Shown: piece after piece, positions 40,860 to 53,349 of the stretch
Position numbering within the stretch: the first letter of the stretch is position 1
How the letters are laid out: every line of letters begins with the position of its first letter
Position numbers and translations under genes: made by a program
Assembly (NCBI RefSeq): GCF_006345805.1
Contig: NC_043022.1
Span: 12,524,001-12,588,000, forward strand
Source of the DNA: Octopus sinensis
Lineage: Eukaryota
Length of the DNA stretch: 64,000 nucleotides
Reading direction: 5' to 3'
Notes under the pieces: generated by a model
The model's input: the letters and a program-made list of their open reading frames with translations, nothing else
What the model was told of the DNA's origin: nothing
The model's database searches: none

Positions 40860-41030
40860 ACAAAAAAAAACACAACAACGCGAGGACGTGGAACAAATAT
40901 AGTATTATTGGACGCTCAGGAAAGAAGGAGGGTTTAACGTTTCGAGCGTAGCTCTTCGTCGGAACATAGGAGAAGGAAAGATCCAGAGAAGGGAAGACAG
41001 AAAAAAATCACCAACGGTACACACGAGTTC
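40860..41030 (-). mobile_element. Penelope-like element terminal-repeat remnant
   Basis: Minus strand TTCCGACGAAGAGCTACGCTCGAAACGTTAAAC is a degenerate hammerhead-like core of the kind carried by PLE repeats. Confidence 0.5.
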
Positions 41031-41032
41031 AC

Positions 41033-41087
<55 letters not shown>

Positions 41088-41269
41088 GATAAATATATTT
41101 GTTTATCTATTCATTCATCTGTCATCTGTCTGTTGACATACACTATTATATTTGTGTGTGTGTGTGTATGTAAATGTGCTTCTGTATTTGTGTGTATGTA
41201 TGTATATGATTATATCTGTCCATCCACATGTTGCATGCACATACATAATTATACTTAGGCATGTTGATA

Positions 41270-41305
<36 letters not shown>

Positions 41306-42109
41306 TGTATGTATATATATGTGTATATGTATATATATATATGTGTGTATATATGTATGTATATATGTATATATATGTGTATATATGTATGTATATATGT
41401 ATATATATGTGTATATATGTATGTATATATGTATATATATGTGTATATATGTATGTATATATGTATATATATGTATATATTGTGTATAATATATATATAT
41501 ATATATGTATATATATGTATATATATATGTGTGTATATATATGTAATATATATGTGTGTATATATATATATATATGTGTGTATATATATATATATATGTG
41601 TATATATATGTATATATATATATGTGTATATGTAATATATATATGTGTATATGTATATATATATGTGTGTATATATATGTATATATATATATGTGTATAT
41701 ATATGTATATATATATATATGTGTATATATATGTATATATATATATATGTGTATATATATGTATATATATATATATGTGTATATATATTATATATATATA
41801 ATTGTATATATATGTATATATATATATATGTGTATATATATGTATTATATATATATGTGTGTATATGTATATATATATATATATGTATATATGTATATAT
41901 ATATATATGTGTGTATATGTATATATATATATATTATGTATATATATATATATATAAATATATGTGTATATGTATATATACATATATATATATGTATATA
42001 TATACATATATATATATATATAAATATGTGTATATGTATATATACATATATATATGTATGTATATATATATATATAAATATGTGTATATGTATATATACA
42101 TATATATAT

Positions 42110-42140
<31 letters not shown>

Positions 42141-42175
42141 ATATGTGTATATGTATATATACATATACTATATGT

Positions 42176-42206
<31 letters not shown>

Positions 42207-42544
42207 TGTATATATGTATAAAAAGCACTATCCGACTCGTGGCCGATGCCAGTGCCGCCTCGACTCGCCTCCGTGCTGGTGGCATGTAAAATACACCAAT
42301 CCGACCGTGGCCGTTGCCAGCCTCGCCTGGCACCTGTGCAGGTGGCACGTAAAAAGCACCCACTACACTCACGGAGCGGTTGGCGTTAGGAAGGGCATCC
42401 AGCTGTAGAAACATTGCCAGATAAGACTGGAGCCTGGCACAGCCTTCTGGCTTCCCAGATCCCCGGTCGAACCGTCCAACCCATGCTAGCATGGAGAACG
42501 GACGTTAAACGATGATGATGATGATGATGATATATATATATGTA

Positions 42545-43300
42545 TGCATATATATGTATATTGTGTCAGGTCACTTTCGAGTGCTACTGGTAACATGTAA
42601 CCCAGTACAACCTATTGTATGGTCGACTCGTCGATGACTAAACCGGCAACACCACCAAGCTTGCTTGGTGAGGAGGGTGTTTACTGGACACCCTGCGGGC
42701 CAAAAAACAAAACCCATCGAAGGGCGGAGGAACTCTTGCGAGAGTCAACGGCCATCCAATAAAAGTGTAATTTTTTTTTTCTTTTTCTTATGGCCTAAGG
42801 CAGTATCATGAGCGGGGACATAGAAATAATCGGACTGAATACCCGATCACGCGGTTAAAACATTGGGAGTGAAGGACTCCTAGCCTTTGTTAGGGCATCC
42901 TTCTAGGAGAAAGTAACTCAGGAAACTGGGATGACTCCAACATAAAAGCTGCGGCTCAGTGCTTACCGATGATATCGACTTGTTCTTCTTTTCAGAGTAT
43001 GGCTGCTCTTGCTTAGTGAGTGGGATTGATTCAGTGCACAGCCATTCCTCACTTTAAAAAAAATCTTCATGCACAGGCATTGCAGGATAACATTGTTCAT
43101 GATTGTTGATAGTGCTGTTAGTCTCAAGTGATTGGCTGGCTGTAGCCTTAAAATGCAAATAAAATTAACATTCAATCACAGCACCAATAACAGTTGAGCT
43201 CCGTGCAATGGCCATTCTCGATAATGAGGGGGCAGCCATCATATATATTTTATATTATTATATGATTGGACAACACATATCCTCTTCCAAGTTAGTTCCA
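42545..43300. mobile_element. Unclassified retroelement-derived segment; its 3' ~370 bp is duplicated at 52995-53345
   Basis: GGCATCCTTCTAGGAGAAAGTAACTC resembles RTE 5'UTRs (recalled). Sequence 42930-43300 aligns to 52995-53345. Confidence 0.4.
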
Positions 43301-43304
43301 TACA

Positions 43305-43356
<52 letters not shown>

Positions 43357-44289
43357 CAAATATAATATATGTAAACACAAATGTATATATATGTAAACAC
43401 AAATGTATATATATTTAAACACAAATATATATATATATAAAAACACATAATATATATAATATATATATATTATAATATATATATTATATATGAAACATGT
43501 ATAGATTAAACACATAAATAGTATATATATAAAAACACAATATTTATGTATATAAAACATATATAGATATAATATATATATATATATAAAACATATATAG
43601 ATATAAACACACACATTTTTATATATATATATATGGCACGTAAAAAGCACCATTGGAACATGGTTGATGCCGGAACCACCTTGACCGGCCTCTGTGCCAG
43701 TGGAACGTCAAAAGCACTAACCAATCGTAGACGCTGCCAGCCTTACCTGGCATGTAAAAAGCACCCACTACACTAACAGAGTGGTTGGCGTTAGGAAGAG
43801 CATCATGCTGTAGAACCACTGCCAGATCAGACTGGAGCCTGCTGCAGATTCCTGGCTTCCCAGACCCCAGTCGAACCATCCAAGCCGTGCTAGCATGGAA
43901 AACGGACGTTCAACTATGATGATGATGATGTTATATATATATATATATTTACCAACACAAACACACACATATATATAATATACATATATATCTCAGGGTA
44001 GATATGAATATCATCATCATCGTTTAATGTCTGCTTTTCATGCTGGCATGGGCTGGATGATTTGACTGAGGTCTGGCGAACCAGATGGCTGCACCAGATT
44101 GCAGTCTAATCTGGAAAGTTTCTGCAGCTCGATGCCCTTCCTAATGCCAACAACTCCAAAAGTGTAGTGGGTGCTTTTACGTGCCACCAGCACAAGGGCC
44201 TGTCAGACAGTATTGGCAACGGCCACGCTCAAACGGTGCCCTTTATGTGCCACCAGCACGGAGCCCAGCTTGTTACTCTGGCAACGATC

Positions 44290-44884
44290 ACCGATTCTAA
44301 TGAAACTTGACACACACACACAGCCCAATGTCATGATTCAAAACTAATGAAGCGAATATTTAGAAAAGTTCCTCCAGTTCCAAAAAAAATCGATGAATTC
44401 GACATGTGGTCGAGAATCTAAGTTTATCATATGCATCACATTTTCCATTGTAGTTTTCGCATCTTGCAATCGATTTTCACCACTCATGGTGATGCTTGAT
44501 GTTACCCTAAGGAACTAAATTCTGATGTTGTTTTCCATGCAATACCTTACCATCAGAAAAAATCGAAAAAATCATGTCATTTTGGGAAATAGCTTTCAAA
44601 TTCAAGATGACATATTTTCGTCAATATCTTTAACAAATTGGCAGGAATTTTTTTTGAAATTCACAGCGAGCAGCATGTCTGCTCCAAGGAGCTATATGGC
44701 CCTTCTGATTCCAATAGGATACGTTATTACTGGAAAAAATCGGTTAATTACATCATATGTCGAACACAGCATACCGATCTTTCTGCGATATTTTTTGAAA
44801 GTTCATATAGATTTTCCCTACACTGATGTTGAACATCAAGTTTGCATTAAGTGTCAAACCAACGACCATTTGTCAATGCAGTTT
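44290..44884 (+). mobile_element. Internal segment of the long Helitron variant, both ends deleted
   Basis: Aligns to 35110-35706 and stops at TTGTCAATGCAGTT. Confidence 0.7.
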
Positions 44885-45619
44885 TATATATATATATGGC
44901 ATGTAAGAAGCACCATCCGAACATGGCCGATGCCAGCACCGTCGACTGAATTCTGTGCCGGTGGCACGTAAAATGCACTAACCGGTCATGGCCACTGCCA
45001 GCCTGCCCTAGCACGTAAAAAGCACCCCTACACTCACACAGTGGTTGGCGTTGGGATGGGCATCCTACTGTAGAAACACTGCCAGATCAGACTGGAGCCT
45101 GCTGCAGATTCCTGGCTTCCCAGACCCTGGTCAAACCGTCCAAGCCATGTTAGCCCGGAAAACGGACGTTAAACGATGATGATGATGATGTTATATATAT
45201 ATATATTTACACACACACAAACACACACATATATATATCTATATATATATCTTTGGCTAGATATAAATATCATCATCATCGTTTAATGTCTGCTTTTCAT
45301 GCTGGCATGGGCTGGATGATTTGTCTGAGGTCTGACGAACCAGATGGCTGCACTAGATTGTAGTCTGATCTGGCTGGCATTGGCTGGATGATTTGACTGA
45401 GGTCTGGCGAACCAGATGGCTGCACCAGATTGTAGTCTGATCTGGCAGAGTTTCTCAAGCTGGATGCTCTTCCTAACACCAACCACTCCGACAGTGTAGT
45501 GGATGCTTTTACGTGCCACCAGCACGAGGGCCAGTCAGACAGTATTGGCAATGGCCACACTCTAACGATGCTGTTTATGTGCCACCAGCACGGAGCCCAG
45601 CTTGTTGCTCTGGCAACGA

Positions 45620-46215
45620 TCACCGATTCTAATGAAACTTGACACACACATAGCCCAATTCATAGTTCAAATTAAATGCAGCGAAAATTTCGGAAAGTTC
45701 CTCCAGTTCTGAAAAAAATTGATAAATTCGACATGGGATCGAGAATCTAAGCTTATCATATGCAACATATTTTCTGTTGTAGTTTTCGCAACTTTCAATC
45801 GATTTTCACCAAACTCATGGTGATGCTTGATGTTACCCTAAGGAACTTAATTCTGACATTAGTTTTCCATGCAATACCTTACCATCAGAAAAATCAAAAA
45901 AATCATGCCATTTTGGGAAATAGCTTTCAAATTCAAGATGACATATTTTCGACAATATCTTTAACAAATTGGCAGGAATATCTTTTGAAATTCACAGCGA
46001 GCGTCATGTCTGCTCCAAGGAGCTATATGGCCCTTTTGATTCCAATAGGATACGTTATTACTGGAAAAAATCGGTTAATTACATCATATGTGACACACAT
46101 AGCATACCGATTTTTCTGCGATATTTTTTGAAAGTTCACATATATTTTCCCTACCCCGATGTAGGACATCAAGTTTGCATTAAATGTCAAACTAATGACC
46201 CTTTGTCAATGCAGT
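45620..46215 (+). mobile_element. Internal segment of the long Helitron variant
   Basis: As 44290-44884, with the same junctions. Confidence 0.7.
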
Positions 46216-47119
46216 TATATATATATATATATATAATATATATATATGGCATGTAAAAAGCACCATCCGAATGTGGCCGCTGCCAGCCTGCCCTGGCACG
46301 TAAAAAGTACCCACTACACTCACACAGTGGTTGGCGTTAGGAAGAGCATCCTACTGTAGAAACACTGCCAGATCAGACTGGAGCCTGCTGCAGATTCCTG
46401 GCTTCCAGACCCCGGTCAAACCGTTCAAGCCATGTTAGCCCGGAAAACGGACGTTAAACGATGATGATGATGATGTTATATATATATATATTTACACACA
46501 CACAAACACACACATATATATATTATATATATATATTGGCTAGATATAAATATCATCATCATCGTTTAATGTCTGCTTTTCATGCTGGCATGGGCTGGAT
46601 GATTTGTCTGAGGTCTGGCGAACCAGATAGCTGCACTAGATTGCAGTCTGATCTGGCTGGCATGGGCTGGATGATTTGACTGAGGTCTGGCGAACCAGAT
46701 GGCTGCACCAGATTGTAGTCTGATCTGGCAGTGTTTCTGCAGCTGGATGCTCTTCCTAACGCCAACCACTCCGACAGTGTAGTGGGTGCTTTTACGTGCC
46801 TCCAGCATGAGGGCCAATCAGGCATTACTGGCAATAGCCATGCTCAAATGGTGCTTTTTATATGCCACCTGCTGGCATGGGCTGGATGATTTGACTGAGG
46901 TCTGGCGAACCAGATGGCTGCACCAGATTGTAGTCTGATCTGGCAGAGTTTCTCAAGCTGGATGCTCTTCCTAACGCCAACCACTCCGACAGTGTAGTGG
47001 ATGCTTTTTCGTGCCACCAGCACGAGGGCCAGTCAGACAGTATTGGCAATGGCCACACTCTAACGATGCTGTCTATGTGCCACCAGCACGGAGCCCAGCT
47101 TGTTGCTCTGGCAACGATC

Positions 47120-47716
47120 ACCGATTCTAATGAAACTTGACACACACATAGCCCAATGTCATAGTTCAAAATTAATGCAGCGAAAATTTCGGAAAGTTCC
47201 TCCAGTTCTGAAAAAAATTGATAAATTCGACATGGGATCGAGAATCTAAGCTTATCATATGCAACACATTTTCTGTTGTAGTTTTCGCAACTTTCAATCG
47301 ATTTTCACCAAACTCATGGTGATGCTTGATGTTACCCTAAGGAACTTAATTCTGACGTTAGTTTTCCATGCAATACCTTACCATCAGAAAAATAAAAAAA
47401 ATCATGCCATTTTGGGAAATAGCTTTCAAATTCAAGATGACATATTTTCGACAATATCTTTAACAAATTGGCAGGAATATTTTTTGAAATTCAAAGCGAG
47501 CATCATGTCTGCTCCAAGGTGCTATATGGCCCTTTTGATTCCAATAGGATACGTTATTACTGGAAAAAATTGGTTAATTACATCATATGTGACACACATA
47601 GCATACCGATTTTTCTGCGATATTTTTTGAAAGTTCACATATATTTTCCCTACCCCGATGTTGGACATCAAGTTTGCATTAAATGTCAAACTAATGACCC
47701 TTTGTCAATGCAGTTA
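47120..47716 (+). mobile_element. Internal segment of the long Helitron variant
   Basis: As 44290-44884, with the same junctions. Confidence 0.7.
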
Positions 47717-47720
47717 TATA

Positions 47721-48101
47721 TCTCTCTCTATATAAACGGCAGTTTGTCTGTGCGTTTTCTGTGTGTCTGTTTTCTCGTACCCTCACTCTGACCACGGCTT
47801 TCAACCGATTCTGATGAAACTTGACACACACATAGCCCAATGTCATAATTCAAAACTAACGCAGCGAAAATTTTGAAAAGTTCCCCCAGTTCTGAAAAAA
47901 AATCGATAAATTCGACATGGGGTCGAGAATCAGAAACCCAAACCGCAGACCGTCTAGGGGACGCAACTCCACCTTTTTTAACTCTCAAAAAATTACCAAC
48001 ATTTTTTTTCCATTTTTTTGCTATTTTTGGGCTATAACTCTCTAAAAATGCTTTATAGTTATTCCCTTACAAACCTGAGCAACGCCGGGCGATACTGCTA
48101 G
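47721..48101 (+). mobile_element. Complete short non-autonomous Helitron
   Basis: A|TCTCTCTCTATATAAACGGCAGTTTGTCTGTG...GAGCAACGCCGGGCGATACTGCTAG|T. Confidence 0.85.
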
Positions 48102-48845
48102 TATATATATATATATATGGCATGTAAAAAGCACCATCCGAATGTGGCTGATGCCAGCACCGCCTGACTGGGTTTTGTGCCGGTGGCACGTACAAAGCAC
48201 TAACCAATCGTGGCACCTGCCAGCCTGCCTGGCACGTAAAAAGCACCCACTACACTCACAGATTGGTTGGTGTTAGGATGGGCATCCTGCTGTAGAAACA
48301 CTGCCCGATCAGGCTGGAGCCTGGTGCAGATTACTGGCTTCCCAGACCCCGATCGAACCATCCGAGCCGTGCTAGCACGGAAAACGGATGTTATGCCATG
48401 ATGATGATGATGATGTTATATATATATATATTTACACACACACAAACACACACATATATATATCTATATATATATCTTTGGCTAGATATAAATATCATCA
48501 TCATCGTTTAATGTCTGCTTTTCATGCTGGCATGGGCTGGATGATTTGTCTGAGGTCTGACGAACCAGATGGCTGCACTAGATTGTAGTCTGATCTGGCT
48601 GGCATTGGCTGGATGATTTGACTGAGGTCTGGCGAACCAGATGGCTGCACCAGATTGTAGTCTGATCTGGCAGAGTTTCTCAAGCTGGATGCTCTTCCTA
48701 ACACCAACCACTCCGACAGTGTAGTGGATGCTTTTACGTGCCACCAGCACGAGGGCCAGTCAGACAGTATTGGCAATGGCCACACTCTAACGATGCTGTT
48801 TATGTGCCACCAGCACGGAGCCCAGCTTGTTGCTCTGGCAACGAT

Positions 48846-49147
48846 CACCGATTCTAATGAAACTTGACACACACATAGCCCAATGTCATAGTTCAAAATT
48901 AATGCAGCGAAAATTTCGGAAAGTTCCTCCAGTTCTGAAAAAAATTGATAAATTCGACATGGGGTCGAGAATCAGAAACCCAAACCGCAGACCGTCTAGG
49001 GGACGCAACTCCACCTTTTTTAACTCTCAAAAAAAATTTACCAACATTTTTTTTCCATTTTTTTGCTATTTTTGGGCTATAACTCTCTAAAAATGCTTTA
49101 TAGTTATTTCCCTTACAAACCTGAGCAACGCCGGGCGATACTGCTAG
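48846..49147 (+). mobile_element. 5'-truncated short Helitron fused to a dyad minus arm
   Basis: Aligns to ~47805-48101 and ends CTGCTAG|T. Confidence 0.85.
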
Positions 49148-50297
49148 TATATATATATATATATGGCATGTAAAAAGCACCATCCGAATGTGGCTGATGC
49201 CAGCACCGCCCTGACTGGGTTTTGTGCCGGTGGCACGTACAAAGCACTAACCGATCGTGGCACCTGCCAGCCTGCCCTGGCACGTAAAAAGCACCCACTA
49301 CACTCACAGATTGGTTGGTGTTAGGATGGGCATCCTGCTGTAGAAACACTGCCCGATCAGGCTGGAGCCTGGTGCAGATTACTGGCTTCCCAGACCCCGA
49401 TCGAACCATCCGAGCCGTGCTAGCACGGAAAACGGATGTTATGCCATGATGATGATGATGATGTTATATATATATATATTTACACACACACAAACACACA
49501 CATATATATATCTATATATATATCTTTGGCTAGATATAAATATCATCATCATAGTTAAATATCTGCTTTCCATGCTGGCATGGGCTGGATGATTTGACTG
49601 AGGTCTGGCGAACCAGATGGCTGCACCAGATTGCAGTCTAATCTGGAGAGTTTCTGCAGCTCGATGCAATTCCTAACGCCCACCACTCCTACAGTGTAGT
49701 GGGTGCTTTTACATGCCTCCAGCACGAGGGCCAGTCAGGCATTACTGGCAACAGCCACGCTCAAATGCTGCTTTTTATGTGCCACCTGCACGGGAGCCAG
49801 TCCAGCGGCACTGGCAATGACCTCGCTCGAATGTTTTGTTCACGTGCCGCCAGCACAAGTGCTAGTAAGCCGACGCAGGTAATGATCACACTCGAACGGT
49901 GTCTTTTATGTGCCATCGGCACGGAGACCAGCATGTTGCCCTGGCAACGATCACGCCAGGTACTCTAAGCGCCAGGTACTCTAAGCGCCCCACTTGCACA
50001 GATGCCAGTCATTGATTTTGATTTCAAGGATATATATATAAACATATATATATATATATGTACACATGTTTCATGAGGTCCTGTGCCTACATATGCATAT
50101 ATGTATATAGGTTTTGATGTAAGTATGTACATATACATACGTATATATGCATCCCATTCCCATTTTGAATTTCCAGTTTACTGAGCGTCGTTGTCGCAAA
50201 GTAGAGCCCGTGTTCAAATCGGAAGGCCTAGGATCCTGAGTGGCAGCATTAATAACATATATGCACATATATATATGTGCATATATATATGCATGTG

Positions 50298-50329
<32 letters not shown>

Positions 50330-50863
50330 ATATGCATGTATATATATATATATATAATATATATATATATAATATATATATATATACACACACACACGTG
50401 TATCATCATCATCATTTAGCATCCGCTTTCCATGCTAGCATGGGTTGGACGGTTGAACGGGGATCTGGGAAGCCTGAAGGCTGCACCAGGCCCAGTCTGA
50501 TCTGGCAGTGTTTCTATGGCTGGATGCCCTTCCTAACGCCCACCACTCCGTGAGTGTAGTGGGTGCTTTTTACGTGCCTCCCGCACAGGTGCCAGACGGG
50601 ACTGGCAAATGGCCACGGACGGATGGTGCTTTTTACGTGCCACCGGCACGGGGGCCAGGCAAGGCTGGCAACGGCTACGATTGGATGGTGCTTTTTACGT
50701 GCCACTGGCACGGAGGCCAGACGGGGCGGCGCTGGCAACGGACACGGTCGGGTAGTGCCAGATCAGACTGGGCCTGATGCAGCCTTCTGGCTTCCCAGAC
50801 CCCAGTTGAACCATCCAACCCATGCTAGCATGGAAAGCGGACGCTAAATGATGATGATGATGA

Positions 50864-50898
<35 letters not shown>

Positions 50899-51831
50899 TA
50901 TAAACACACACACTTATATATAAATATATATATATGGCACATAAAAAGTACCATCAGTACGTGGCTGATGCCAGCACTGCCTTGACTGGCTTCTGTGCCG
51001 GTGACACGTAAAAAGCACTAACCGATCGTAGCCACTGCCAGCCTGCCCTGGCACGTAAAAGGCACCCACTACACTCACAGAGTGGTTGGTGTTAGGATGG
51101 GCATCATGCTGTAGAACCACTGCCAGATCAGACTTGAGCCTGGTGCAGATTCCTGGCTTCCCAGACCCCGGTCGAACCTTCCAAGCCATGTTAGTCCGGA
51201 AAATGGACGTTAAACGATGATGATGATGATGTTATATATATATATTTACACACACACAAACACACACATATATATATATATCTATATATATATCTTTGGC
51301 TAGATATAAATATCATCATCATCATTTAATGTCTGCTTTCCATGGTGGCATGGGCTGGATGATTTGATTGAGGTCTGGCTGCACCAGATTGCAGTCTGAT
51401 CTGGCAGAGTTTCTGCAGCTGGATGCCCTTCCTAACGCTAACCACTCCGACAGCATAGGGGTTTCTTTTACGTGCCTCCAGCACGCGGGCCAATCAGGCA
51501 TTACTGGCAACAGCCACGCTCAAATGGTGCTTTTTATGTGCCACCTGCACGGGAGCCAGTCCAGCGGGAATGACCTCGCTCAAATGTTTTGTTCAAGTGC
51601 TAGTATGGCAACGCAAGTAAAGATCACGCTCGAATGGTGTTTTTTATGTGCCCTCGGCACGGAGGCCAGCATGTTGCCCTGGCAAAGATCACGCTCGAAT
51701 GGTACTCTTAGCTCCCCACTTGCACGGATGCCAGTCATTGATTTTGATTTCAATTGCTATATATATAAACATATATATATATGAATACACATGTTTCGTG
51801 AGCTCAGTGCCTACATATGCATATATATATA

Positions 51832-52199
51832 TGGAAGCACAATGGCCTAGTGGTTAGGGCATCGGACTCGCAGTCTCGATTCCCAGACCGGGCGTTGTGA
51901 GTGTTTATTGAGCGAAAACACCTAAAGCTCCACGAGGCTCCGGCAGGGGATGGTGGTGATCCCTGCTGTACTCTTTCACCACAACTTTCTCTCACTCTTA
52001 CTTCCTGTTTCTGTTGTACCTGTATTTCAAAAGGGCCGGCCTTGTCACTCTCTGTTCATGCTTAATATCCCCGAGAACTACATTAAGGGTGCACATGTCT
52101 GTGGAGTGCTCAGCCACTTATACGTTAATTTCACGAGCCGGCTGTCCCGCTAATTCGGATCAACCAGAACCCTCATCGTCGTAACCGACGGAGTGCTTC

Positions 52200-52201
<2 letters not shown>
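51832..52201 (+). mobile_element. tRNA-derived SINE inserted into an array unit
   Basis: A-box TGGCCTAGTGG; 3' half matches 7423-7605. The empty site is visible at ~31170-31200 and ~32280-32310. Confidence 0.8.
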
Positions 52202-52240
<39 letters not shown>

Positions 52241-52451
52241 TATAGATGTAAGTATGTACATATAGATATGTATATATGCATCCCCTTCCCATTTTGAATT
52301 TCCAGTTTACTGAGCGTCGTCGTCGCTACTTGAGGCCCATGTTGGAATCGGATGGCCTAGGATCCTGAGTGGCGGCATAATAACATATATGCACATATAT
52401 ATATATATATATATGCATCTATATCTCTTTCTCTCTATATATATATATAGA

Positions 52452-52990
52452 AACGAAGCTAGCATGATCCGCTGGATGTGTAATGTCAGTGTGAATGCAT
52501 GACAGAGTGTAAGTGCCCTGAGAGAAATGCTTGCGATGGTATGGTCATGTACTGCGGATGGATGAGGAGAGATGTGTGAAAAAGTGCTGCTCCCAAACAG
52601 TTGAAGGAATCAGGGGGAGAGGTAGACCCAGGAAGACATGGGATGAGGTAGTCAAGCATGACCTCAGAGCGTTGGGCCTTACTGAGGCAATGGCGAAAGA
52701 CCGAGATCTCTGGAGATGTGCTGTGACTACAAAGACCCGGGATGCTTCCAGCACCAGTTCCGCATAGCCCCTGCCCATTCAAAGTACCTTGGATCCCGGA
52801 ACATCTCGCTGTGCTTGAGGAGACCTGTTGAGTCAAGTGCATGTACATGAATATCAAAATAAATATCAATGGAAATAGTAGTTGTGAAACCTGTGCTGGT
52901 GGCACATAAAAAGCACCATCCGAACGTGGCCGATGCCAGCGCCGCCTCGACTAGCTTCTGTGCCGGTGGCACATAAAAAGCACCATCCAA
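52452..52990 (+). mobile_element. RTE LINE ORF2 C-terminus continuing into its 3'UTR
   Basis: RNEASMIRWMCNVS...RWYGHVLRMDEERCVKK...RGRGRPRKTWDEVVKHDLRALGLTEAMAKDRDLWR, then GGCACATAAAAAGCACCATCC subrepeats. Confidence 0.9.
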
Positions 52991-53349
52991 ACGTGATAAC
53001 TCCGACATAAAACCTGCAGATCAGTTGTTACCGATGATGTCGACTTGTTCTTCTTTTCAGATTATGGTTGCTCCTGCTTAGTGAGTGGGAGTGATTCAGT
53101 GCACAGCCTTTCCTCATTTTACAAAATATCTTCTTGCACAGGCATTGCACGATTGTGAGTCTTAACTGAATGGCTGGCTGTAGCCTTACATTGCAAATAA
53201 GTCACATTCGATCACAGCACCAATAACAGTTGAGCTTCGTGCAATGGCCATACTCGATAATGAGGGGGCAGCAATCATATATATTTTATATTATTATACG
53301 ATTGAACCACACACATCCTCTTCCATGTAAGTTCCATATATATATATGG

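Larger units (their letters stand above)
37800..42220. repeat. ~4.4-kb compound (TA)n-based microsatellite block with islands of other sequence
   Basis: Read directly. Includes a solo minus RTE-3'UTR copy at ~37880-38170. Confidence 0.95.

Noticed and set aside
47805-47822. CTGATGAAAC as a hammerhead core
   Set aside because: No stem II between the CUGAUGA and GAAA boxes; it is part of the Helitron internal motif.
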